A stretch of 10,659 nt of DNA from Candidatus Binatia bacterium (GTDB lineage: Bacteria > Desulfobacterota > Binatia > HRBIN30). Location: contig JBBRSP010000063.1 of the NCBI GenBank assembly GCA_038245295.1, positions 1 through 10,659 on the forward strand, read 5' to 3'. This document shows positions 1 through 7,002 of the stretch, one piece after another. Numbering within the stretch: position 1 is the first letter of the stretch; every line of letters begins with the position of its first letter. The notes beneath the pieces are model-generated. The model made no database searches. It had not been told where the DNA came from and worked only from the letters and a program-made list of their open reading frames with translations. The position numbers and the translations under genes were made by a program.

Positions 1-121
1 GGCGATTACCGAGCCGTATCCGACAGCTGATCACCGTCGATTTGACCCCTCGTGACGATCAATCGCCCGGCGCTGGCATTTACACGATCGCCACCCCTTC
101 ACTCGACGAGCGCCGAGGCCC

Positions 122-1030
122 TCATGAATAGTCCGGGTTAGGCTTAAGCTTAGCCTTCGGCTTAGGCTTGAGCGTGGGTTTAGCCTTGGGCTTCGGCGTG
201 GGCTCAGCTTTGGGGGTGGCGATCTCGGGGTTTGCGAGGTCCTCATCGACTACGGGTGTTTCTTCTTGCTCGGGGTCCGACGGCTTTACGAGCCGCGCAT
301 ATTTTACTTCGCCGGGAAATGCCGCTTGTGGCGCGCGGATGATGCCGGCGTTGAGGGTTGACGATACGACGACTCCTTCGTTCTCCAAAACTCCGACGTG
401 GTAAGGCGTCGCATCGCGCAGGTAGAGGACGAGATCTCCCGGCTTGGGCTTATCGACGGGTCGGAAGGTGCCGCCGCTGAGCAGGGCCGATGTCGGTTGC
501 CAGTCGATGTTCCAGCCGCCGCCGCGAAACAGGTGGAAGATGAAGTTCGAGTTGGGGAGAAAACTGGCGCCGCCGCGTTCGAGCGAACGGCGCAGCGGCT
601 CGGTGTCGACGTGTGTGGCCAGGATATGCGGCGGCGGCGGTGGGCCGACGATGCGCCAGTCATTCGTTGGTGTGCCGCGGACACGATACTTGACGCTTTC
701 GATCGACGTCTCGTCATGCACTCCGGCGGCGGTGACGCGTCCACTGACCGCATATTGCACTTCCACATCGAGCATGTTGTCCGGCGCGTTTTCAGTCCAG
801 CCGACCGTATAGCTGGTGATCAGCACGACCTCGTCCCACGCCGGCTCCAGGCTCCACTCGACCAACGGTGCCACCTGCGGCCATGTCTGGATGGCGACGC
901 GGCTGCCGAACGCGTCGAGCTGACAGAACTCGCGCACCGCGGTTTGTGGGCCGGTCTGTGCCGCCCCGCGCGACACCAGCGCCCCGATTGCCATGATTGT
1001 CAGCGCGAGCTGACGCAGGCCGCGATTCAT
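122..1030 (-). CDS. Secreted protein (302 aa): signal peptide, uncharacterised N-terminal domain, degenerate NlpC/P60-like domain, Pro/Lys-rich tail
   Basis: The N-terminus MNRGLRQLALTIMAIGALVSRGAA looks like a Sec signal. The segment PNSNFIFHLFRGGG...KPKPGDLVLY...YHVGVLENEGVVVSST parallels the NlpC/P60 pattern DCSGFV..VF...G...L.PGDLVFF...HVGIY.G.G.FIHAS. The ATG overlaps the upstream permease stop (ATGA, 1027-1030), with GGAGG 13 nt upstream. Confidence 0.8.
   Translation of the reverse strand: MNRGLRQLALTIMAIGALVSRGAAQTGPQTAVREFCQLDAFGSRVAIQTWPQVAPLVEWSLEPAWDEVVLITSYTVGWTENAPDNMLDVEVQYAVSGRVTAAGVHDETSIESVKYRVRGTPTNDWRIVGPPPPPHILATHVDTEPLRRSLERGGASFLPNSNFIFHLFRGGGWNIDWQPTSALLSGGTFRPVDKPKPGDLVLYLRDATPYHVGVLENEGVVVSSTLNAGIIRAPQAAFPGEVKYARLVKPSDPEQEETPVVDEDLANPEIATPKAEPTPKPKAKPTLKPKPKAKLKPNPDYS
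137..218 (-). repeat. Low-complexity coding repeat giving a Pro/Lys tail (TPKAEPTPKPKAKPTLKPKPKAKLKP)
   Basis: Imperfect hexamer periodicity (GGCTTN/GCCTTN on the + strand) encoding alternating K-P/K-A residues. Confidence 0.7.
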
Positions 1031-2226
1031 GAAGCGACCGCCGCCTCCGGTGTTTCGTCGGTCCAGGTGTGCAGGAATGGCAGCAGGCCAAATGCCGGCA
1101 GGGCGAGGAAGGCGGTAAACGTGAAGTAGGCGGCATAGCCGAAGTGTGTCGCGGCCCAGCCGCTGACGGCGCCGGCCAGATCACGCGTGAAGGCGAAGGT
1201 GGCGGATAGCAGCGCGAACTCGGTGGCCGCCGTCTTCTTGTCGCAGGCGCGCATCATGAACGACATGAACGCGGCGTTGCCGAGTCCGCCCGTGAAGCTT
1301 TCGAACATCGACGCCGAATAGATGCCGTAGCGACCGATGCCGCTGGCGGCGACCGCCGCGTAGCCGAGGTTCGAGACCATCTGCAGGAGCCCAAGGATCA
1401 GCAAGGCTCGCGACAGGCCCCAACGTGTCGTCAGGATGCCGCCGAGCATGGCGCCGGCGATGGTCGCGAAGACACCGAAGGTTGTCGACACGAGCGCAAT
1501 GTCATCGAGGCTGAGGCCGCTGTCGACCCAGAACGGCTTCACCATCGGACCCATGGCGCTGTCGCCGAGTTTGTACGTCAGCACGAACAAAAAGACGATC
1601 GGCGCCCCGGGTCGCTTCAACCAGGCGATGATCGGTGCAAACCACTCTCCCGGCTCACTCTCGGAACGCACGCCTGTCCGCGGGCTCAGCGACACCACCA
1701 CGGCGAGCAGCAGCATGATGCAGCCGGCAAGATAGAAGGTGATCGGCCAGCCGGCGCGATCGGCGAGCATCAACAGCCCGCCACCGGCGGCGATCAACGC
1801 CACACGATAGGCGGAGATGCGCACACTGTTGGCGGCACCTTCTTCGCCCTTGTCCATGAGCTCGATGGTGTAGGCGTCGATCGCCACGTCCTGCGTCGCC
1901 GAGGCGACGGTGAACAGCAGCAGGGCAACCCACAGCAGCGTCACCGGATTGGTCGGGTCGACCTGCGGCATGAAGAACAGCAGACCGGCCATGATCGTCA
2001 GGCAGGAGGCGATCCACAGCTGACGCGTGCCGAGCCGATCGACCAGCGGCGACCACAGGACCTTGAGTGTCCACGGCAGGTTGAGCAGCCGCATGAGACC
2101 AAGATCGGTGAGCGACACGCCGTGGACGCGGAAGTAGACGGGCAGAAAGTCGAAGACGACACCGAAAGGAAACCCTTCGGCAAAGTAGAGAAGACTCACC
2201 CAGGAGAGCTTGCGCTTCAGGTTCAC
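1027..2226 (-). CDS. ampG: AmpG-family MFS permease (about 399 aa; muropeptide/siderophore transporter family)
   Basis: AmpG-family motifs: LYFAEGFPFG, LPWTLKVLWSPLVDR, SATQDVAIDAY, YRVA, LTYKLGD, ATEFALLS, with about 12 hydrophobic segments. The likely start is GTG at 2226 (alternative GTG 2235). The extension to 2709 in the ORF track runs through repeats and antisense to the MNT gene, so it is not credible. Confidence 0.85.
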   Translation of the reverse strand: MNLKRKLSWVSLLYFAEGFPFGVVFDFLPVYFRVHGVSLTDLGLMRLLNLPWTLKVLWSPLVDRLGTRQLWIASCLTIMAGLLFFMPQVDPTNPVTLLWVALLLFTVASATQDVAIDAYTIELMDKGEEGAANSVRISAYRVALIAAGGGLLMLADRAGWPITFYLAGCIMLLLAVVVSLSPRTGVRSESEPGEWFAPIIAWLKRPGAPIVFLFVLTYKLGDSAMGPMVKPFWVDSGLSLDDIALVSTTFGVFATIAGAMLGGILTTRWGLSRALLILGLLQMVSNLGYAAVAASGIGRYGIYSASMFESFTGGLGNAAFMSFMMRACDKKTAATEFALLSATFAFTRDLAGAVSGWAATHFGYAAYFTFTAFLALPAFGLLPFLHTWTDETPEAAVAS

Positions 2227-2240
2227 CCGCGGCACCGCAT

Positions 2241-2261
2241 GGAGGCGGGTATACCGCCTCC
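2241..2261. other. 8-bp GC-rich hairpin just upstream of ampG
   Basis: GGAGGCGG (2241-2248) pairs perfectly with CCGCCTCC (2254-2261) around a 5-nt loop GTATA. Confidence 0.6.
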
Positions 2262-2336
2262 CCCTTGCCCTTGCCATTGCCCGTGCCCTTGTCCAGTCCC
2301 ATCCGGTACGTCGAACCGGGCAAGGGCAAGGGCAAG
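2262..2336. repeat. REP-like hairpin element L with hexamer-tandem arms
   Basis: Left arm CCCTTG-CCCTTG-CCATTG-CCCGTG-CCCTTG (2262-2291). Right arm GGGCAA x3 + G (2318-2336) is its reverse complement. Confidence 0.8.
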
Positions 2337-2405
2337 ATGATTGGGGTACACATTGTCGGCGAATCCCATCGAGCCGTCGCGTCGCTTTTGCCCTGCTGGT
2401 TTCGG

Positions 2406-2414
2406 TGGTACTGT
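2406..2414 (+). promoter_or_regulatory. Putative extended -10 promoter (TGgTACTGT) for a leaderless mntA-hepT transcript
   Basis: TG-n-TAnnnT motif ends 7 nt before ATG 2422, and there is no Shine-Dalgarno sequence before that ATG. Confidence 0.5.
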
Positions 2415-2421
2415 CGCTGAC

Positions 2422-2841
2422 ATGCGCGAGCCGGATGGAATCCTCGGCGAACAGCTCGAAGACGTTGTCGGGAGACTGGAACGGCGATGGGAACCCGCCG
2501 CCATTCTCCTCTACGGATCGGCCGCTCAGGCGCGCCTGCGGCCCGAGAGCGACATTGATATTGCCGTCTTGTGTGACGAGCACGTCCCCGATGCGTTCGA
2601 GGTGGCGTCGTTGCGCACGGATCTCGAGTCGATCCTCGGCCGCACGGTCGACCTGGTGATCCTCAATTCCTGTTCGCCGATTCTCGCGATGGAGGTGTTG
2701 CGTCAACACCGCGCGCTGCGCGTCCGAGCCCCGGAGATGCTGGAACGCTTTACGGTAAACACCCTGGGCGCCTATTTCGACTTGAAGCGCACCCGGCAGC
2801 CGATTGAAGAGGCGTTACGGGGAGCGACATCGGCGCCATGA
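2422..2841 (+). CDS. mntA: Minimal nucleotidyltransferase (MNT) antitoxin, type VII TA system (139 aa)
   Basis: LYGSAAQARLRPESDIDIAV matches GSx10DxD, followed by LGRTVDLVIL. Its stop overlaps the HEPN start (ATGA 2838-2841). ATG 2422 is preferred over TTG 2341 on size and promoter position. Confidence 0.9.
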   Translation: MREPDGILGEQLEDVVGRLERRWEPAAILLYGSAAQARLRPESDIDIAVLCDEHVPDAFEVASLRTDLESILGRTVDLVILNSCSPILAMEVLRQHRALRVRAPEMLERFTVNTLGAYFDLKRTRQPIEEALRGATSAP

Positions 2842-3257
2842 CGGATCCGGTCCTGGCAAAGCTCGCCTCGATTCGCCGTTGCGTTCAGCGAGTACGCGAC
2901 GTGACGCACGGCGATCCGGCGCGAATCGTCGAGCTGGATGTGCAGGACATCGTCGTTCTCAATCTGCAGCGCGCCATCCAGGCGGCGATCGATCTCGCCG
3001 CCCACATCCTTTCGCATCGCAACTGGGGACTGCCGGATTCGCTGAAGGCGCACTTCACGATCCTGATGCAGCACAAGGTTATTGAGCCACCGCTTTGTGC
3101 GCAACTCGAAGCCATGGTGGGCTTTCGCAACATTGCCGTGCACGACTATCAGGCCCTCGACCCCGCCATCCTCCAACGCATCGTCGCCGAACGATTGCCC
3201 GACCTCGAATCGTTCTGCGGTGCGGTCAGCCGATTCCTCGACAGCCAAGCAGAGTGA
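2838..3257 (+). CDS. hepT: HEPN (DUF86) RNase toxin, HepT-like (139 aa)
   Basis: QDIVVLNLQRAIQAAIDLAAH and MVGFRNIAVHDY contain the HEPN Rx4H motif plus the adjacent Tyr that MntA AMPylates in characterised systems. The gene is coupled to MNT. Confidence 0.92.
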   Translation: MTDPVLAKLASIRRCVQRVRDVTHGDPARIVELDVQDIVVLNLQRAIQAAIDLAAHILSHRNWGLPDSLKAHFTILMQHKVIEPPLCAQLEAMVGFRNIAVHDYQALDPAILQRIVAERLPDLESFCGAVSRFLDSQAE

Positions 3258-3258
3258 G

Positions 3259-3292
3259 GCGGTGGGGTGGGGCTGGATTGCCCCCCCCCCGC
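3259..3292 (+). other. G/C hairpin immediately after hepT stop (no U-tract)
   Basis: GCGGTGGGGTGGGGC (3259-3273) can pair with G-C10-GC (3280-3292) with two bulged Ts. Confidence 0.4.
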
Positions 3293-3362
3293 CCGAGCCC
3301 GAGCCCACGCCCGGTTCCGTCCAACGGTTCCAAGTCACCCCGGGGCGGGCACGGGCGCGGGG
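3291..3362. repeat. REP-like hairpin element R with hexamer-tandem arms; diverged inverted copy of element L
   Basis: Left arm GCCCGA-GCCCGA-GCCCAC-GCCCGG-TTC (3291-3317); right arm GGGGC-GGGCAC-GGGCGC-GGGG (3342-3362). It shares GCCCGGTTC and GGGCACGGGC with the reverse complement of element L. Confidence 0.75.
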
Positions 3363-3426
3363 CGATCCTCTAGGCGCCCGCTCCCAGCCGTGCTAAACGC
3401 GCGCTTCCGGGGGCTAGGAGATTACG

Positions 3427-4899
3427 ATGGCATACTACGAACGACTCGGCGCGCTCGACGCATCCTTCCTTGGCATCGAGGACGGCAACTGCCACATGCA
3501 CGTCGGCGGTGTCCTGATTTTCGAAGCCGCGCCGCTGCGTGTTGCCGGTCGCGGCATCGATATCGACAAGATCCGCGACGCGATCCATGCGCGGCTTCAC
3601 CTGATTCCGCGGTTCCGGCAGAAGCTGGCGCACACGCCCTACGAACGTCATCCGGTGTGGGTCGACGACGATTGTTTCCGCCTTGCCTATCATGTTCGCC
3701 ATACGGCCCTGCCGCATCCTGGTGATGAACGTGCCCTGAAGCGGCTGACCGGACGCATCATGTCGCAGCCGCTCGATCGCAAGCGGCCGCTTTGGGAGAT
3801 GTGGGTTGTCGAAGGTCTCGAAGGAGATCGTTTCGCACTGATCAGCAAGACCCACCACTGCATGATCGACGGTATCTCCGGCGCCGACATCATGTCGGTA
3901 CTGCTCAGCCCAGTTTCCGAACCGGATCCCGCCAAACCGGAACCCTGGAAGCCGCGCCCGCAACCGACTGGTGCACATCTTGTTGCCGATGAGGTCATGC
4001 GACGCCTCGAGCAACCGCGCAGTGCCCTGCGCACTTTCGTCGATGCGGTGCAGAATCCGCAGCCGTATTTCGACGATGTGACCAACTCGCTCACCGCTGT
4101 GATGGAGGCGATGGCACCGGCGATGAGCCCGGTGTCGCAGACGCCGTTTCAGGTTGCCGTCGGGCCGTATCGGCGTTTCGACTGGACCTCGATGCCGGTT
4201 GCCGACTTGAAGGCTGTCAAGAATGTCCTCGGCGGAACACTCAATGATGTTGTTCTTGCCACGGTCAGCGGCGCGCTGCGCAAGTTCTTCACGCAACGCG
4301 GCCTCGTCGCCGACGATCTGGAAATCCGTGGCATGGTGCCGGTCAGTGTGCGGGATCAGAGCGAACGCGGGCAGCTCGGCAACCGCGTCACCCAGCTCAC
4401 CGTGCCTTTGCCGGTGAATCTGGAGAACCCCGTCGAGCGCCTGCGTGCCGTCACCGAGACCACCAAGGATCTGAAGCAATCGAAGCAGGCGCTGGGTGGC
4501 GAGGTGCTGACCGCGATCAGCGAGTGGATCGCGCCCAACCTGCTGGTGCAGGCGGTGCGCCTGGCGTCACGCACCCGGCCCTACAACTTGATCGTCACCA
4601 ATGTTCCCGGGCCGCAGATCCCGTTGTACATGCTAGGCTCGCTGATGCTGACGTCGTACCCGGTGGTGCCGCTATTTGACAACATCGCCGTCTCTGTCGG
4701 CTTGTTCAGTTACAACGGCGGCCTGTACTGGGGCATCAACGGCGATTGGGAGAACCTTCCGGACCTCCACGATTTCATCGTCGCCATCGACGAGTCGTTC
4801 CGCGAGCTACAGGATGCCGCCAAGCAGCAGACAAAGCGGGCCGCCGCGGCATCAGCGCCGCGTAAGCGCCGACGCAGCAGCGTGGCGCGCGCCTCCTGA
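3427..4899 (+). CDS. Wax ester synthase/diacylglycerol acyltransferase (WS/DGAT, 490 aa)
   Basis: RLGALDASFLGIE...MHVGG, PLDRKRPLWEMWVVEGL, catalytic HHCMIDG (HHxxxDG), TLNDVVLA, MVPVSVR, NLIVTNVPGP. RBS AGGAG at 3416-3420. Confidence 0.95.
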   Translation: MAYYERLGALDASFLGIEDGNCHMHVGGVLIFEAAPLRVAGRGIDIDKIRDAIHARLHLIPRFRQKLAHTPYERHPVWVDDDCFRLAYHVRHTALPHPGDERALKRLTGRIMSQPLDRKRPLWEMWVVEGLEGDRFALISKTHHCMIDGISGADIMSVLLSPVSEPDPAKPEPWKPRPQPTGAHLVADEVMRRLEQPRSALRTFVDAVQNPQPYFDDVTNSLTAVMEAMAPAMSPVSQTPFQVAVGPYRRFDWTSMPVADLKAVKNVLGGTLNDVVLATVSGALRKFFTQRGLVADDLEIRGMVPVSVRDQSERGQLGNRVTQLTVPLPVNLENPVERLRAVTETTKDLKQSKQALGGEVLTAISEWIAPNLLVQAVRLASRTRPYNLIVTNVPGPQIPLYMLGSLMLTSYPVVPLFDNIAVSVGLFSYNGGLYWGINGDWENLPDLHDFIVAIDESFRELQDAAKQQTKRAAAASAPRKRRRSSVARAS

Positions 4900-4923
4900 A
4901 GACGTTCCGACGTCTCCCTCTCG

Positions 4924-6639
4924 ATGGCGATCGGCGATCTCATTCGGTCCAACGCGGCCGACCCCGAGCGGCGCGACCGCGTGCTCCTGCGTTACCAGGA
5001 TTGGTCGTGCACGTTCGCTGAGTACTACACGGAGACAGAGCGCTGGGCCCACGTCTTCCTGCATCTGCGCCGGCCTGGTCCTTTTCACGTCGGCATCTTG
5101 CTCGATAACGTTCCAGACTACTTCTTCGCTCTCGGCGGCGCGGCTCTCGCCGGGGCGGTGGTGTCGGGCATAAATAACACGAAACGCGGCGCTCATCTGG
5201 CGCACGACATCGCCTACACCGACTGCCAGATGCTGGTCACCGAAGAGAAGTACCTGCCGTTGCTGGCACCGGTGCTCGAGGAGGCCGGGTTGCCGGCGTC
5301 GCGCGTCGTCGTCACGCGGCGTTGGCAAGATGAGGTGCTCGCGGACTCGGTGCCGACCGTCGATTGGCTCGATGCCGAAGCAGCGCTGCAGCGCTGGGGG
5401 GCTGGTGATGATCCGCAAACCGAAGTCGGCGACAAGCAGCCGTTCATCCTGATCTTTACATCCGGAACCATCACGGCACCAAAGGCGGTGCTGTGCAGCC
5501 ATGGTCGAATGCTCGATACCGGGCGCAATATTGGCCTCAATGTGTACGAGCTGCGACCCGGCGACGGCGGCTACATCGCGATGCCCATGTTCCACGCCAA
5601 CGCGCTCATGTGCGGCTGGATGCCGGCGATGGTGCATGGAGTCAGCCTCGGCATGATTCGCCGCTTTTCGAAGAGCCGTTGGTTGTCCGACATCCGCCGC
5701 TACGGCGCCACCTACTTCAACTACACGGGTAAACCGCTGGCCTACATTCTCGGCAGCGAGCGTCACCCCGACGATGCCGACAACCCGCTGCGCATCTGTT
5801 TCGGAAATGAAGGGTCGCATCAGGTGGTGAGCGAGTTCGAAGCGCGGTTTGGCTGTCGTGTCATCGACGTCTTCGGCTCGAGCGAAGGCGGTGTTGGTGT
5901 AACCCGTCAGCCAGGCGATCCGCCGAACAGCATCGGTATGCCGGCCTTCGGTATCCTCGTGGTTGACGAGAGCGGCAAGGAGAGGCCGCGCGCCCGCTTC
6001 GACGCCCAGGGCCGTTTGCTCAACGCCGAGGATGCGGTCGGTGAGATGGTCAACACGCAAGGCCTCGGCTGGTTTGAGGGCTACTACAAGAACGACGACG
6101 CGATGCAGGACCGTACACGCGGCGGTTGGTACTGGACCGGCGATCTCGGATACAAAGACGAGCAGGGCTATTTGTATTTTGCCGGTCGCACCATCGAGTG
6201 GCTGCGTGTCGACGGCGAGAATTTCATCGCGCGACCGGTCGAGGAGATCCTGCAGCGTCATGCCGAGGTCACGCTGGCGGCGGTGTACGGCGTACCCGAT
6301 CCGGACGGCGGTGATCGTGTCATGGCGGCGCTGATCCTGCGCGACGGCGCGGTGTTCGATCCGGCGGAGTTCGCGAAGTTCCTGGCATCGCAACCCGATC
6401 TGTCGCCCAAATGGCTGCCGACGTATGTGCGTGTGGCACGCGAGTTGCCGCAGACGGCGACAGCGAAGATCCTGAAGACGGAGTTGCGCCAGCAGAAGTT
6501 CCGGCCGGATCGCTGTGCGGATCCGATCTGGTGGCGGCCGCGCGCTGGGGATGCGTATCGGGTTTTCGGCGCCGCGGACTTTGAAACCCTCCGGCAGCAG
6601 TTCGCCGCCGCGGGTCGTGGAGGAGCGCTCGAGATGTGA
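4924..6639 (+). CDS. AMP-binding acyl-CoA synthetase, FadD17/FadD1-like (571 aa)
   Basis: P-loop LIFTSGTITAPKAV, PMFHANA, FGSSEGG, YWTGDLGY, YFAGR..EWLRVDGENF, and the terminal PQTATAKILK Lys. The N-terminal HVGILLDN...GINNTKRG..LA.DI...DCQ resembles mycobacterial FadD17/FadD1. Confidence 0.9.
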   Translation: MAIGDLIRSNAADPERRDRVLLRYQDWSCTFAEYYTETERWAHVFLHLRRPGPFHVGILLDNVPDYFFALGGAALAGAVVSGINNTKRGAHLAHDIAYTDCQMLVTEEKYLPLLAPVLEEAGLPASRVVVTRRWQDEVLADSVPTVDWLDAEAALQRWGAGDDPQTEVGDKQPFILIFTSGTITAPKAVLCSHGRMLDTGRNIGLNVYELRPGDGGYIAMPMFHANALMCGWMPAMVHGVSLGMIRRFSKSRWLSDIRRYGATYFNYTGKPLAYILGSERHPDDADNPLRICFGNEGSHQVVSEFEARFGCRVIDVFGSSEGGVGVTRQPGDPPNSIGMPAFGILVVDESGKERPRARFDAQGRLLNAEDAVGEMVNTQGLGWFEGYYKNDDAMQDRTRGGWYWTGDLGYKDEQGYLYFAGRTIEWLRVDGENFIARPVEEILQRHAEVTLAAVYGVPDPDGGDRVMAALILRDGAVFDPAEFAKFLASQPDLSPKWLPTYVRVARELPQTATAKILKTELRQQKFRPDRCADPIWWRPRAGDAYRVFGAADFETLRQQFAAAGRGGALEM

Positions 6640-6647
6640 GGTTGCGG

Positions 6648-6709
6648 CGGGCTTCGAGACGGCGCCAAATCGACGTCCGCTTCGGAGGCGCCTCCTCAGC
6701 CCGAACGGG
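6648..6709 (+). repeat. REP-like unit A (CTTCGAGACGG-stem-loop-CCTCCTCAG...GAACGG)
   Basis: CGGGCT 6648-6653 pairs with AGCCCG 6698-6703; GGCGCC 6661-6666 pairs with GGCGCC 6687-6692. An inverted copy lies at 7003-7052. Confidence 0.7.
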
Positions 6710-6736
6710 GTGGATGTTGTTCGACAGGATGAAGCT

Positions 6737-6786
6737 CCGCTCGCCCCGAGAGCCCGACCGGCGAAAGCCGGCTTGGCGAGTCAATG
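6737..6786 (-). repeat. Degenerate inverted partner of unit A with a CCGGC-GAAA-GCCGG hairpin
   Basis: CCGCTCGCCCCGAG resembles the reverse complement of CTCAGCCCGAACGG, and there is an internal GNRA-capped 5-bp stem at 6758-6771. Confidence 0.45.
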
Positions 6787-6798
6787 AACTAAGGCGCC

Positions 6799-6931
6799 CC
6801 CTCTCCCACCTCGAGCGGAATCTCAGGGCGTGGGTCGGGGTGAGGGCCCGCATCGGCTTCTGAGTCCGCAGACCCAACCCTCACCCTAACCCTCTCCCAG
6901 ATGTTGCCGGACCGTTCGAGCTGGGAGAGGG
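6799..6931. repeat. Inverted pair of BoxC-like repeats (CCCTCACCCTAACCCTCTCCC...GGGAGAGGG)
   Basis: Copy B' (6878-6931) has a perfect 11-bp stem, CCCTCTCCCAG 6890-6900 / CTGGGAGAGGG 6921-6931. Copy B (6799-6846) is its diverged reverse complement, sharing CCCTCTCCCAsCTCGArCGG and GGGTGAGGG. Confidence 0.8.
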
Positions 6932-7002
6932 AACCAGTGGCTTCCGCAGGCAGCTTTTCCAAGCCGAACCAGAATGAGCCCCGGTCGAATCATGTTGAGG
7001 GC

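Noticed and set aside
1..34. Possible minus-strand gene start (GTG at 34, GAGGGG upstream; MISCRIRLGNR...)
   Set aside because: Only 11 codons are visible, so it cannot be supported.
2227..2709. 160-aa N-terminal extension of the AmpG ORF
   Set aside because: It crosses the hexamer repeats (CPCPCP, ARAMARAR) and is antisense to mntA. AmpG similarity begins only at about 2226.
4858..4880. NLS-like PRKRRR tail on WS/DGAT
   Set aside because: Basic low-complexity tails are common in high-GC bacterial proteins, and there is no evidence of export.
6890..6931. Intrinsic terminator call for the 11-bp stem and other hairpins
   Set aside because: No adjacent U-tract and long loops; better explained as repeat elements.
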